DNA of 46,671 bases. It comes from a virus. Taxonomy: Duplodnaviria; Caudoviricetes. Positions 38,052 through 46,671 of this stretch are shown here, piece by piece. The stretch covers positions 1-46,671 of the IMG/VR virus record IMGVR_UViG_3300005915_000032. The stretch is one strand, 5' to 3'. The notes below the pieces were generated by a model. The model ran no database searches. It saw nothing but the letters and a program-made list of their open reading frames with translations, and had not been told where the DNA came from. The first letter of the stretch is position 1. Each line of letters opens with the position of its first letter. A program made the translations under genes and the position numbers.

Positions 38052-38201
38052 TTATTTACTAGAAACGGTGGTAATGGTTATTAGTTTGGAGTGGACGGTT
38101 GGTATTTCCAACAACTTCCAATTAATTACTGCTATGTCTTAAGCCATCAGTAAAGACTGAATAGAGCCATTAGGATACTCACCGCCGTTTTTAATAAACA
38201 A
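38052..38201 (-). ncRNA. RNA cassette U5 of array
   Basis: TTGTTTATTAAAAACGGCGG/CCACCGTTTCTAGTAAATAA stem; inner TAATGG/CCATTA, TTACTG/CAGTAA, GTTGG/CCAAC. Confidence 0.6.
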
Positions 38202-38341
38202 TCATAGAGGAGGAGTGCAGTATACAGCCCTAGCAAAGCCAACGAACACTCCCAGTCTATTATATAAACCCCTTAATCCTCAGTCCACCTGTGTGTATTT
38301 CTCATTTGATAGAGTTGGGCTTCGTGAGGAGTTAGGGAGTG

Positions 38342-38533
38342 TTATTTTAACTTTGTAACTTTGACTTTGATTATCTCTTTAGTAATAAGACCACGGTTAT
38401 TTATTTTAGAATCAAACCTTTTAGCCTCTATTTTTGTTCTAAACAATGGAAACAGTTTAAGACCGTCGTGGAATGTTACTTCATCAGTATTACCATCCAG
38501 AATTAGCTTTATATTTTTTTGTCGCAATGCCAT
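38342..38533 (-). CDS. hypothetical protein
   Basis: ORF track. Confidence 0.5.
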   Translation of the reverse strand: MALRQKNIKLILDGNTDEVTFHDGLKLFPLFRTKIEAKRFDSKINNRGLITKEIIKVKVTKLK

Positions 38534-39048
38534 TCATGTTGGTAACCATTATTTATTCTTGTCATAGTCCATTCAGTTGAACAACGTAAATTAAATGCAC
38601 ATTCGTCTGGCACTTCTGCATGCCAATAACTGTTAATTTGGAATATGCCTCTGTCTCTTTTATCTATATCACCTCTACGAGTAGGTTCTAGTGTATCATT
38701 CTCGCAATAGGCTAGACGTATTAAATAATCTTCCCATTTGAAATTATTTTCTCTAGCAATCTCTCTAATGCGCTGCTCTCTTTCTCTAATAGTTTCTTCT
38801 TTAACTTCATAAGTTTTTATTTCTTTTTTAGGTTTTAACTCCGGATTAACCTTCTTGTGATAAGCATAAACTATGGGAGTGCTGATTGTAGTCGCTTGTT
38901 TTAGCTTGGTGTATTCTGTGATTGCAAAGCAACCTGTGAATGACCAAGTGATTAGTGAAATAATTACGAGTATGTACGATTTGTGAATACGCATAACTTG
39001 ATTTCTAGGATAGTACATTTTACGCTCCTTTTTTTTGAATAATTTCAT
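38509..39048 (-). CDS. membrane-anchored lysozyme/SLT-like muramidase
   Basis: N-terminal TM; 'RLAYCE' catalytic Glu, 'DRGIFQINSYWH'. Confidence 0.75.
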   Translation of the reverse strand: MKLFKKKERKMYYPRNQVMRIHKSYILVIISLITWSFTGCFAITEYTKLKQATTISTPIVYAYHKKVNPELKPKKEIKTYEVKEETIREREQRIREIARENNFKWEDYLIRLAYCENDTLEPTRRGDIDKRDRGIFQINSYWHAEVPDECAFNLRCSTEWTMTRINNGYQHEWHCDKKI

Positions 39049-39092
39049 TTTGTTTTTGTTAATTTTTTATTTTTGCTATGTGAATCTATTGA

Positions 39093-39344
39093 TTAATCAA
39101 ATGGGACTTCGTCAACGTGAACGTCTCTCAGATCTTTAATAATTGTCTTGCCTTTATCAGTGATGAGCATCTCCTTGTTAAGCTCTTCTCTGCCGTGGTG
39201 GTTTATATCCTTAAAGAAAGCTGAGTTTATGAATCTTTCCCGGGCTGTTGCTCCGGTCTTGATGTAATCATCCTTACCGGTGTGATAATCAATACGCTTT
39301 ATGTCTTTTTCTTCGTGGTCTTTAAGTATTTTTTTGTTATACAT
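39093..39344 (-). CDS. hypothetical protein
   Basis: ORF track; ends DEVPFD. Confidence 0.5.
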   Translation of the reverse strand: MYNKKILKDHEEKDIKRIDYHTGKDDYIKTGATARERFINSAFFKDINHHGREELNKEMLITDKGKTIIKDLRDVHVDEVPFD

Positions 39345-39626
39345 ACGTCTTTAAATTTTTTAGTAAGCTTCTCTAAACAACCATTTTTATTAAATGTTAT
39401 TGGATTTTGTTTTGGGTTGGGCATATTGTTGATAATTGCCACACATCATCATGGCTCAGGGTGGGCTGTTCTAGCCATGAGATGAGTGTGTTATGTCCGC
39501 ATTATAATATACAAGCAGGTGATATATAATGCATAACATGTTGTGCCCTATTCCCAATATCAGCTCGTTTCAGTCCTGTTGTTTGTATGACAAATCAACT
39601 GAACTACATCATAAGCTGAAATTAGA

Positions 39627-39824
39627 CTACTCCGCTTCTATCCGTTGTTCCTCTCTGCGTTTCCTTAAATAATTCTTGTGATATTCATTATCTTTAAGTC
39701 TTTGACATGATGTGCAACGTGGTCTTCTGTTGTAGTGTTCCACCTCTGTATGGAAAGTTACTTCGCAATTAGGATTATCCTTACCTTCCGGGGTTTTATA
39801 TATTTTACATTTTTTTGTTGGCAT
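39627..39824 (-). CDS. Cys-containing basic protein
   Basis: C...C...CTSC; first gene after a promoter. Confidence 0.55.
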   Translation of the reverse strand: MPTKKCKIYKTPEGKDNPNCEVTFHTEVEHYNRRPRCTSCQRLKDNEYHKNYLRKRREEQRIEAE

Positions 39825-39857
39825 GTTGGTTTGTTAATCTTTCTTTAACCTACTATT

Positions 39858-39886
39858 ATAATACCATGGTAATGCACGTTTGTCGA
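39858..39886 (-). promoter_or_regulatory. sigma70-type promoter
   Basis: TCGACA-17-TATTAT with extended TG; DnaA-box variant TTTTCCACA at 39926-39934. Confidence 0.55.
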
Positions 39887-39947
39887 TAGCTTAATATTGG
39901 CTAGTATAAGAGGATATTTAGGGGGTGTGGAAAACTTGATAATATTA

Positions 39948-40115
39948 TCAAAATAATTTACTATTAGGTGTGGATTTCTTCTTAGCTCTATCTATTTCTC
40001 CTTGGTTCTTCACGGCCTCTGTGACCTTCTTACGCAGGGATAAGTTATCATAGCTGTTGAATAACAACTCATGGAGATAGATAAGCTCTTTGGGTGTTAA
40101 GTGGATTGTTGTCAT
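39948..40115 (-). CDS. hypothetical protein (55 aa)
   Basis: Hand-translated MTTIHLTPKELIYLHELL... Confidence 0.5.
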   Translation of the reverse strand: MTTIHLTPKELIYLHELLFNSYDNLSLRKKVTEAVKNQGEIDRAKKKSTPNSKLF

Positions 40116-40116
40116 A

Positions 40117-40314
40117 TTATTTAAAACGTTCTAATCTTGATTTAAGCGCTTCCATTTGGCTATCAAGTTGATTTTGCATAGCCAACATTTCAGTGTGATC
40201 ATGGCAAGCAATACCTTTGTTTGTGCCAACAACCCACATCCCTTTGGGTAAATATTTTCCACAAACAAAACAAGTTCTATTTTTTGGTGGTTTTATGTCT
40301 GTTATATTTTTCAT
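40117..40314 (-). CDS. small Zn-binding protein
   Basis: CFVC...CHDH. Confidence 0.55.
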   Translation of the reverse strand: MKNITDIKPPKNRTCFVCGKYLPKGMWVVGTNKGIACHDHTEMLAMQNQLDSQMEALKSRLERFK

Positions 40315-40892
40315 ATATAATTACTTAATTCCCTCAGGGTCTTGATGAAGTCTAGGCCTGTGAGGTGTTGATAAACTTTTATTACGTCGGCAGAGGTTGC
40401 ACAACCGAAGCAGTGGGCGTAGTTTTCATCTAGGTTTACTACCATTGAGGGTGTCTTTTCGTTGTGGAATATACAACGGTAGAATTCTCTGCCTTGGGAA
40501 ACAAGTACTGGGTGATGTCCGTGTTCTTTTAGTATCTGTGAGATTGGTACACGTCTGATCGCTTCCTTGTCGTATTCTACAAAATTGGATGTGTCTACGG
40601 TAGAGGAGGTGTTATTCTTTAAATCTTTATAGTGCCGCTTTAAGAACTCATGCTTGTGCGAGAGTGTTTCCAGTTCTTTAGTGTGTTTAACTATCTCATA
40701 TCTAATAAAATCATCATCGTTCTTGGTTTTAGTGTTGTTGAACATAGTCTCGAATTTAGCAATAATAAACTCCTGGTCTTCTATGAGATTTTTTACGTTT
40801 TTACGCTGTCTTAAGTTAGCCCAAGTCGCCTTGACATTGAAGATGTCTAGTAGTTTAGTTTTGTTTGGATGTATGTGTGGGTTGTGGTTCAT
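40311..40892 (-). CDS. CHC2 zinc-finger (DnaG-type Zn-binding domain) protein
   Basis: CIFHNEKTPSM...HCFGC...DVI; no TOPRIM domain. Confidence 0.9.
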   Translation of the reverse strand: MNHNPHIHPNKTKLLDIFNVKATWANLRQRKNVKNLIEDQEFIIAKFETMFNNTKTKNDDDFIRYEIVKHTKELETLSHKHEFLKRHYKDLKNNTSSTVDTSNFVEYDKEAIRRVPISQILKEHGHHPVLVSQGREFYRCIFHNEKTPSMVVNLDENYAHCFGCATSADVIKVYQHLTGLDFIKTLRELSNYI

Positions 40893-40944
40893 ATTAGTTA
40901 TTTACTTTACAAGCCAAACTACTATTAGTAGTCTGGTCTGGAAA

Positions 40945-41115
40945 TTAACCTCCAAAAGATTTTCTTACTAGAGATAATGCTTCTTCAAGTGTGTTAGCAA
41001 TTTGTCTATGCATACCAGCATCAACAATATAGCCATTGGCTACTTTAGTAATACCTACACGTGTTGTTTCTTGTTTAGGAGCTCTAGTCTCTAAACAAAG
41101 TCCTTCATTTTCCAT
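40945..41115 (-). CDS. hypothetical protein (56 aa)
   Basis: Hand-translated ...ITKVANGYIV... Confidence 0.55.
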   Translation of the reverse strand: MENEGLCLETRAPKQETTRVGITKVANGYIVDAGMHRQIANTLEEALSLVRKSFGG

Positions 41116-41133
41116 AAATTTATCTTTAATTAA

Positions 41134-42702
41134 TTAGCTATTTAAATAATCATCAGTAGGTTGGAAATCATCAAACTTGTCTTGTGGTGGTTCTTCTGGG
41201 GTTGGTGGTAGACACTCCTGGGGGGTGTCTTGGATGTTTGTGAGGATGAGCTCTGTTTGTTCTTCGTCTATGCGTTTGACTGGGTAGACTGTTACTCTTT
41301 GAGATTTGGTTATACCTGTTTTGCTTATTCTTATATCCCTATATCTTCGATCTGACTCAACTTTAAATAACTGCTTCAACTTCTTACCAACTGCCCCACT
41401 GGAATAGTTAAATCTCTTACCTGGTATATTCTCCTCGTAATACTCTCTAAAATCATTTAATATATCTATTGAAGATGGATAGTGTGGTGAATCGGTTAAT
41501 TTCCCATCTTCTACTTCTATATAATTATCCAATAACCATGATCCAAGAGTATCTGAACTTTCCTTGTACTCTTGCATAAGTTCTTTAGTGTTTGTTGTTT
41601 CCGGTAACACCCAATTCTTTTCATTTAATAATTTATGTAAATATTTCACTAAAGTATTAAATATAGCCGGGCGCTCTGCTTTTATTTGTTCTATTAATTT
41701 ATCTTTATTAACTGCTAAATATACATTATGACTTCCAGGGTTTTTGTATTTCTCGTATTTTTCTTTATGTAAAAATTGGTTAGGGAATTTAAACATACAA
41801 AATCTTCGATCCATGCCATCTGTAGAGTCATTCATATATATAAAGTCATTACCAGCTAATACTATTTTAGTCTTAGACTCGAAGTTTGATATAGCTTCTT
41901 TGTTTAAATTACGTAGAGATATGCCCTCTCCTGACGATATTTTCTTTATTTCCTCCGAATCTACCTTTTTACCTACTTTTGCCTCTGTGGAAATATTTAG
42001 CTTAGAATAAAATAGTGGATTTCTATTAAATGACTCATCGTTTGACATGATATTAAGGGATAAGGATGTAACATATTTCTTCGGGAAAAATGATTTTATT
42101 ATTTCAATAAGTATTGATTTACCATTTGATCCACCACCAATAAAAAGAAATATCTTTTCCATTTTAATTTTCGGATATATAAGATACGCCATGACATAAA
42201 ATATTAACTCCATTGTTTCTCTGTCATTCTTTTTGCCAACTCTTAAAATATCATCAAGGAATTGTGTGAATACTGGATGGTCTGCTTCTGTTAGTTTTGG
42301 ATCGTAGTCTACATCAAGAGCATAAGAGAAGTAAAGGTCTTCTGTTTGTTTTTCTGTCTTAAATGTTTCTAAGTTAAATACTGTATTATTTAAGTTGATT
42401 AAATTATCGTATGGATCCATTTCTTCCACTTCTGGTATTTGGCTGTTTACTTTCAGTGCCTCAATCATTTCATTTGCTTTTGACTTGCGCCAATATGGGA
42501 GGATTTTATTATCTTCAAAGAATTTGAATATTAGTTTGTGTATTTTTGCATCTTTAAGTTCTATATAATGATTTTTTTCCCAAACAAAAACAGTGTCATT
42601 ATTAGTGATTAGAGGTGGTAATGTCTTCCTGAGTTGAATGGAAAGTATAACCGGGTTCTTTGCTTCCTGTTTATTTTGTTGTTCTTCTTTTTGTTCGGGC
42701 AT
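41134..42702 (-). CDS. D5/P4-family SF3 helicase (no primase domain)
   Basis: D5_N 'NLINLNN', Walker A GGGSNGKS, 'IKKISSGE', 'GMDRR'. Confidence 0.9.
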   Translation of the reverse strand: MPEQKEEQQNKQEAKNPVILSIQLRKTLPPLITNNDTVFVWEKNHYIELKDAKIHKLIFKFFEDNKILPYWRKSKANEMIEALKVNSQIPEVEEMDPYDNLINLNNTVFNLETFKTEKQTEDLYFSYALDVDYDPKLTEADHPVFTQFLDDILRVGKKNDRETMELIFYVMAYLIYPKIKMEKIFLFIGGGSNGKSILIEIIKSFFPKKYVTSLSLNIMSNDESFNRNPLFYSKLNISTEAKVGKKVDSEEIKKISSGEGISLRNLNKEAISNFESKTKIVLAGNDFIYMNDSTDGMDRRFCMFKFPNQFLHKEKYEKYKNPGSHNVYLAVNKDKLIEQIKAERPAIFNTLVKYLHKLLNEKNWVLPETTNTKELMQEYKESSDTLGSWLLDNYIEVEDGKLTDSPHYPSSIDILNDFREYYEENIPGKRFNYSSGAVGKKLKQLFKVESDRRYRDIRISKTGITKSQRVTVYPVKRIDEEQTELILTNIQDTPQECLPPTPEEPPQDKFDDFQPTDDYLNS

Positions 42703-42725
42703 TGTTTGTGTTTAGTAATTAATAT

Positions 42726-43061
42726 TTACATGCCATTTTTTTCATCTCTTAATATTTCATATTTTTCTAATATTATTCTTAACTTTGGTAAGCCAATAAC
42801 AGGTTCACTCTTTTCTGTAAATTTTACTTCATTCTTAATAATTTCTCTCCATAGATTATCATTAATATACATTTCTTTGTGTTGATATATAGTTTGTACT
42901 TCATGTTTAGGTTTTTCTAAACTTTCTTTATAAGCCAAAACATTAAGTATTTTGCTTATAAAATTATTAGAATCTGTTACTGTGTACATTAATAGACTAG
43001 CTCTAAATTCTTCTAATATTGATTGAAAAGATGTGTTTGGTGCTTTTTTTTCTATTGTCAT
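42726..43061 (-). CDS. hypothetical protein
   Basis: ORF track. Confidence 0.55.
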   Translation of the reverse strand: MTIEKKAPNTSFQSILEEFRASLLMYTVTDSNNFISKILNVLAYKESLEKPKHEVQTIYQHKEMYINDNLWREIIKNEVKFTEKSEPVIGLPKLRIILEKYEILRDEKNGM

Positions 43062-43163
43062 ATATTTTATTATTTACAACTGCAAGTTATACAGCTGGCG
43101 ATTGCATAAGACAACCAATTAATAAGAGTAAGAGAAATAATAAAAATCCAAAATGTCTTATCT

Positions 43164-43376
43164 TTAAATATTTCCTTTAATTTTCTCTTCATTTGTTTTA
43201 TGATTAGCTTTTATGAGATTATTTAATACTTCCTTACCGCAGGGGGTGCAGTGGCGGTGCCAGTGGTTGTATCCGGTCTTCATTGTTATAGCTTTTCCAC
43301 AAATAATACAGCGAGTGCTTTTGGCACTTGTCTTATGTGGTTTATATGGTTTGTGTTGTAGTGAGTTTAGGAACAT
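43164..43376 (-). CDS. small Zn-finger protein
   Basis: CIICG...HCTPC. Confidence 0.55.
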   Translation of the reverse strand: MFLNSLQHKPYKPHKTSAKSTRCIICGKAITMKTGYNHWHRHCTPCGKEVLNNLIKANHKTNEEKIKGNI

Positions 43377-43412
43377 TTGTTGTTAATTATTGTTATTTAA
43401 TTGTTGAGATTA

Positions 43413-43549
43413 CCAACTAAATAGACGATCAGGTTGTTAATGCTTGTAGATCAATAACCAAAAATAAAAACCCTCCGCCTTGTGAGGCGTGGGCTATACA
43501 TTCTTCCTGACCGTCTATTTAGTTGGGTTATTGATGTTATTACAAGCAT
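43413..43549 (-). ncRNA. putative RNA switch/pseudoknot leader
   Basis: Two interleaved ~20-bp helices plus an inner hairpin. Confidence 0.5.
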
Positions 43550-44059
43550 GATTACATTGTACCATGGTGATTTGTAATTGTCACTGTGCATAAACTGTGT
43601 GTTTTAGCAGTAAGTTCTTGCTGGTTTTTCAAATGCGACCTCCAGCTTGTGAGTAAAATGGTTGTGGTTCGGCTTACCCGACGGTTCACTGATGTTTGGT
43701 AAGTTCTTGCTGGTTTTGCGTGGGTGGTGGTGGTATTTATCAACAAAAAAACAACATTGCCCGGCTTAAATGTTGTTTTTTAGTTTGTAGAGGGTTGTTA
43801 TATAGCCCCTATGATGCAAAAAAGATATTCTTTAATTGTTTTTCAATACTTTTAATGTTACGATCTATAATTGACATATGCTTGCCCCAGGTGGGATTAT
43901 TTGGTTTATTGGTTTTTAGATTTATCATTATATCCTCTCGTAACTCATATAATTGAAAAAGTATTTTTTTATAGTCTTGCATTTAGTTGTAAGGTGCTAG
44001 GCTTGTTAATTAATCGCTTAATGGATAGCTAGTCGGTTTGACTAGTTATTTAAAAGGGG

Positions 44060-44338
44060 TTAATTGTTTTCCTCTTCGTTCAGTGTTTTTATGCATGGCT
44101 TACAAATAACATTTTCATTATCTAAAAATATTAATTGCTTGTCATTAAAATATTTACCGCAGTCAATACATTGTTTTTTTGTATTATTACGTAGCCATTT
44201 ATCAGCGTACTGTTCAGCTTTATTTACTTTTGATGTAAAAGTTTTTTCAATTGAATAACCTAAAAATATTTTGCATATTTGTAAATTATTTACACCTCCG
44301 TTAATACTGGCATAATCAACTATTTTTTGATATTCCAT
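44060..44338 (-). CDS. early hypothetical protein with Zn finger
   Basis: CIDC...CKPC. Confidence 0.6.
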   Translation of the reverse strand: MEYQKIVDYASINGGVNNLQICKIFLGYSIEKTFTSKVNKAEQYADKWLRNNTKKQCIDCGKYFNDKQLIFLDNENVICKPCIKTLNEEENN

Positions 44339-44360
44339 TTAATTATAGTTAGTTTATTAA

Positions 44361-44537
44361 TTAATTATCTTCATCCGCCCCAAATTCAGGGACTAAAGCC
44401 CACTCTAAAAGCAAGGTATCGCCTTTGTCTATGTGTTCAGCTAGTCCTTGCAGTTCTGCAATTTCGCCGTAGCTTATGCGTTCATTTTCTATTTCTTGCC
44501 TTAAATATTCAAGCTTGCCCTCTCTCTTGGTAACCAT
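44361..44537 (-). CDS. early hypothetical protein
   Basis: 'LEYLRQEIENERISYGEIAELQGLAEHID.GDTLLLEWA.VPE'; ATG at 44537 likely. Confidence 0.6.
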   Translation of the reverse strand: MVTKREGKLEYLRQEIENERISYGEIAELQGLAEHIDKGDTLLLEWALVPEFGADEDN

Positions 44538-44659
44538 TAACCCAGTGTTTTTTTGTTGTGTCAATTAGGGTGAAAAAGTTTATTAGTTTTTGCATTTTGA
44601 TTATGTTTAAGAATTAGCCGGGAAAGCATATAAAATATATATGCTTTAACGGTCAAGGC

Positions 44660-44914
44660 TTAATCTTTTAAGCTTTTGAATTGGTGATTTTTGTCTGCTT
44701 TACATATGACTACAAATTCTGCTTTGCCTTGGATTTTATGACCTTGTTTTTTTAAATATTCGATTGCCATATCTTCGGGGTTATTCAATGAATGGTTAAA
44801 AGGAATAAAAATTGATTGTTCAAAACGTGTTGATGTTAATTTTATCCTTGACCCTGACCCTTTTGTATTTGTTGCACCGAAATATTTCACGGCTATTAAA
44901 TGATAGTTTTCCAT
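44660..44914 (-). CDS. early hypothetical protein
   Basis: 'VKYFGATNTKGS.SRIK', a recurrent phage early-gene motif. Confidence 0.65.
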   Translation of the reverse strand: MENYHLIAVKYFGATNTKGSGSRIKLTSTRFEQSIFIPFNHSLNNPEDMAIEYLKKQGHKIQGKAEFVVICKADKNHQFKSLKD

Positions 44915-44924
44915 TTGATTGTAT

Positions 44925-45380
44925 TTATATTGTTTTAATTATATTACCGTCATTAATAATGGTGTAATATCTTGTATTACCTGTATCTTCAAACTTAATT
45001 TTAAGAATATAGCCACTTTCTCCCTCTTCTCTTTCATTAAGTGGTTTATCATTCTTAATAATAGACATCTTTTGTCTTCCAAAAAATTGCATAGTTGACT
45101 TCCTAAAAAAATATTGTCCGTTTGCTTTATTATTTTCTTTCAACTCACCTATTGACGGCCTGTAAAATGTATCTGGCAATGTTGGTTTTGGCGTTTTGGC
45201 GTTTGCATTTCCTTTACATATAGCAGAGCAAAACTTGTTTGCTTCCCATGTTTTGGCAGTGTCTGTTTTATATGGGTAATACTCACCCTCGCAATATTCG
45301 CAAGCTTTCGGCTTGACGTTTAAGTCTTCCATTAACTGTATAGTTTTATTATCTAATGTAGCATGTTTTGATTTTTTCAT
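44925..45380 (-). CDS. early hypothetical protein
   Basis: CEYC..FCSAIC plus 'GQYFFRKSTMQFFG' module. Confidence 0.6.
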   Translation of the reverse strand: MKKSKHATLDNKTIQLMEDLNVKPKACEYCEGEYYPYKTDTAKTWEANKFCSAICKGNANAKTPKPTLPDTFYRPSIGELKENNKANGQYFFRKSTMQFFGRQKMSIIKNDKPLNEREEGESGYILKIKFEDTGNTRYYTIINDGNIIKTI

Positions 45381-45454
45381 AATGTTTTTATTAATTAATT
45401 ATTAAAGTGTAAGCCCGGGAGAATAATGTTTTATTATTCCCTGGGGTTTAAGCT

Positions 45455-45703
45455 TTAAATGGTTGTTGGTATATCGTATAAATACGTATACCCCTTTTTT
45501 TCCATCCATTTTTTAAGATAATTTAAGCAATAATCAGAACACTCCGCACCGCTCCAGGTCAACTCTATCCAAAAGACTTTGCCGTCTACTATTATATTCT
45601 CAAGATTATCTCTATTAATCCAATCGTAAACTTTTTTGCTTGGCGATTTTTCCCTCTCAACGTCTGAAAAATTTTTATCAAAAAATTCTTTGTATAAACT
45701 CAT
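45455..45703 (-). CDS. early hypothetical protein
   Basis: ORF track. Confidence 0.55.
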   Translation of the reverse strand: MSLYKEFFDKNFSDVEREKSPSKKVYDWINRDNLENIIVDGKVFWIELTWSGAECSDYCLNYLKKWMEKKGYTYLYDIPTTI

Positions 45704-45805
45704 ATTATTATAGTTATTTAGTGATTAAATGGCCGTCTGGCTTGTATTGGTAAGCGTTGTTCGCTTGCTTGGCAAGGTAATAAGCCGACTTTGTTTTTAA
45801 GTTGT

Positions 45806-45997
45806 TTAAAATTGATGTAGGGATCTTTTGTTTTTTTGTTTGCATGTTGATGTAGTTATTTTATAAGTTGTTTGTTTGACTGTTGTTAACCAGGCTAGCC
45901 AGTCTTTGGCGTCTTGTTTTGATAAGTTGGTTAATGTTTGAGTTGAGTGTCTTTTATACCTGGATGTATTTGTTATGTATTTTATAGTGTATGTCAT
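45806..45997 (-). CDS. first early hypothetical protein
   Basis: ORF just downstream of the leftward promoter. Confidence 0.45.
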   Translation of the reverse strand: MTYTIKYITNTSRYKRHSTQTLTNLSKQDAKDWLAWLTTVKQTTYKITTSTCKQKNKRSLHQF

Positions 45998-46045
45998 GGT
46001 TATTATTGATTAGTTAATGTTTGTGTTGTTTTAGGTTATATCATA

Positions 46046-46074
46046 ATATTATCACATGGATTAGATTATGTCAA
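46046..46074 (-). promoter_or_regulatory. leftward early promoter
   Basis: TTGACA-17-TAATAT on - strand. Confidence 0.6.
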
Positions 46075-46177
46075 GGGTGTTATGTGGTGTAATGTTAGGG
46101 GTATTTATTTTGTTTGATTATTTATATTTAGATTATTTATGTTTTATTTTACATAGTTGTTATTTCGTGTTATAAAC

Positions 46178-46243
46178 TGTGGATAATTAACCAGTTAGCC
46201 AAGTCGCATGAATTGGGTGTTTTGCCTGCCCGGCTGTGGATAA
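46178..46243. promoter_or_regulatory. two perfect DnaA boxes
   Basis: TGTGGATAA (= TTATCCACA) at 46178-46186 and 46235-46243. Confidence 0.6.
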
Positions 46244-46478
46244 TGTTTAATGTTAGTAATTAATTGATGTTTAGCCAGGATGTAAAAGACTCGGCACTCT
46301 CTCTTCATAATATAAAATATATATATTTTATGGCTGAATGGTCGATTTTTTGGCCTTTATCTTGGCTGCCTGGCTGATGTTATTGGTTATTGACTAATAA
46401 TAGCAAAAAAACCGGGGACGAGATGTACAGCCAGGAGATGGACGCATGATTATGACAGATTTTGCTTGGCACGTCAAG

Positions 46479-46580
<102 letters not shown>

Positions 46581-46608
46581 TTGACAAATGTTAAAATCAT
46601 GTTATAAT
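46581..46608 (+). promoter_or_regulatory. consensus sigma70 promoter firing out of the right end (toward terS if circular)
   Basis: TTGACA-16-TATAAT with extended TG. Confidence 0.75.
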
Positions 46609-46671
46609 TTAATTAGTAGATCAATTATAAATATAAAAGATGTTGAGAAGAGTTTTTAAAATAAATTATCA

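Noticed and set aside
36749-38201. CRISPR array or integron attC array
   Set aside because: Repeat only ~15 nt, units 111-211 nt and self-complementary; no cas or intI; ends do not fit RYYYAAC/GTTRRRY

Overview
The window looks like an essentially complete ~46.7 kb tailed-phage genome of podovirus type (no tape-measure gene, P22/T7-style tail and ejection genes), AT-rich and read in the standard code. It has two convergent arms. The + arm (182-28817) runs terS, terL, portal, scaffold, capsid, fibres, lysis/membrane genes, tail tubular proteins and a 1296-aa LPD38/ART-like ejection protein. The - arm (28.8-46 kb) carries an SF2 helicase, HU, SSB, exonuclease, DUF3310, an SLT-like muramidase, a CHC2 Zn finger, a D5-like SF3 helicase and many small early ORFs. 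I see no integrase, DNA polymerase or reverse transcriptase. SD-less AT-rich start contexts and a CPR-style surface domain suggest a Patescibacteria (CPR)-like host (inference). Most notable: (1) a head-to-tail array of at least 5 unrelated structured RNA cassettes (36749-38201), each closed by the same basal stem, one being a tRNA mimic with a 77-nt insert in the T-loop; (2) two paralogous pentapeptide-repeat proteins with different repeat units but exactly 25 copies each, both next to structured RNAs; (3) genes flanked by ~40-bp duplications of the preceding unit's 3' end; (4) a dif-like XerC/D site in an integrase-less phage; (5) tail-module proteins with Sec or lipoprotein signal peptides. 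All family calls come from motif recognition and synteny and all RNA structures from pairing by eye; no searches or folding software were run.
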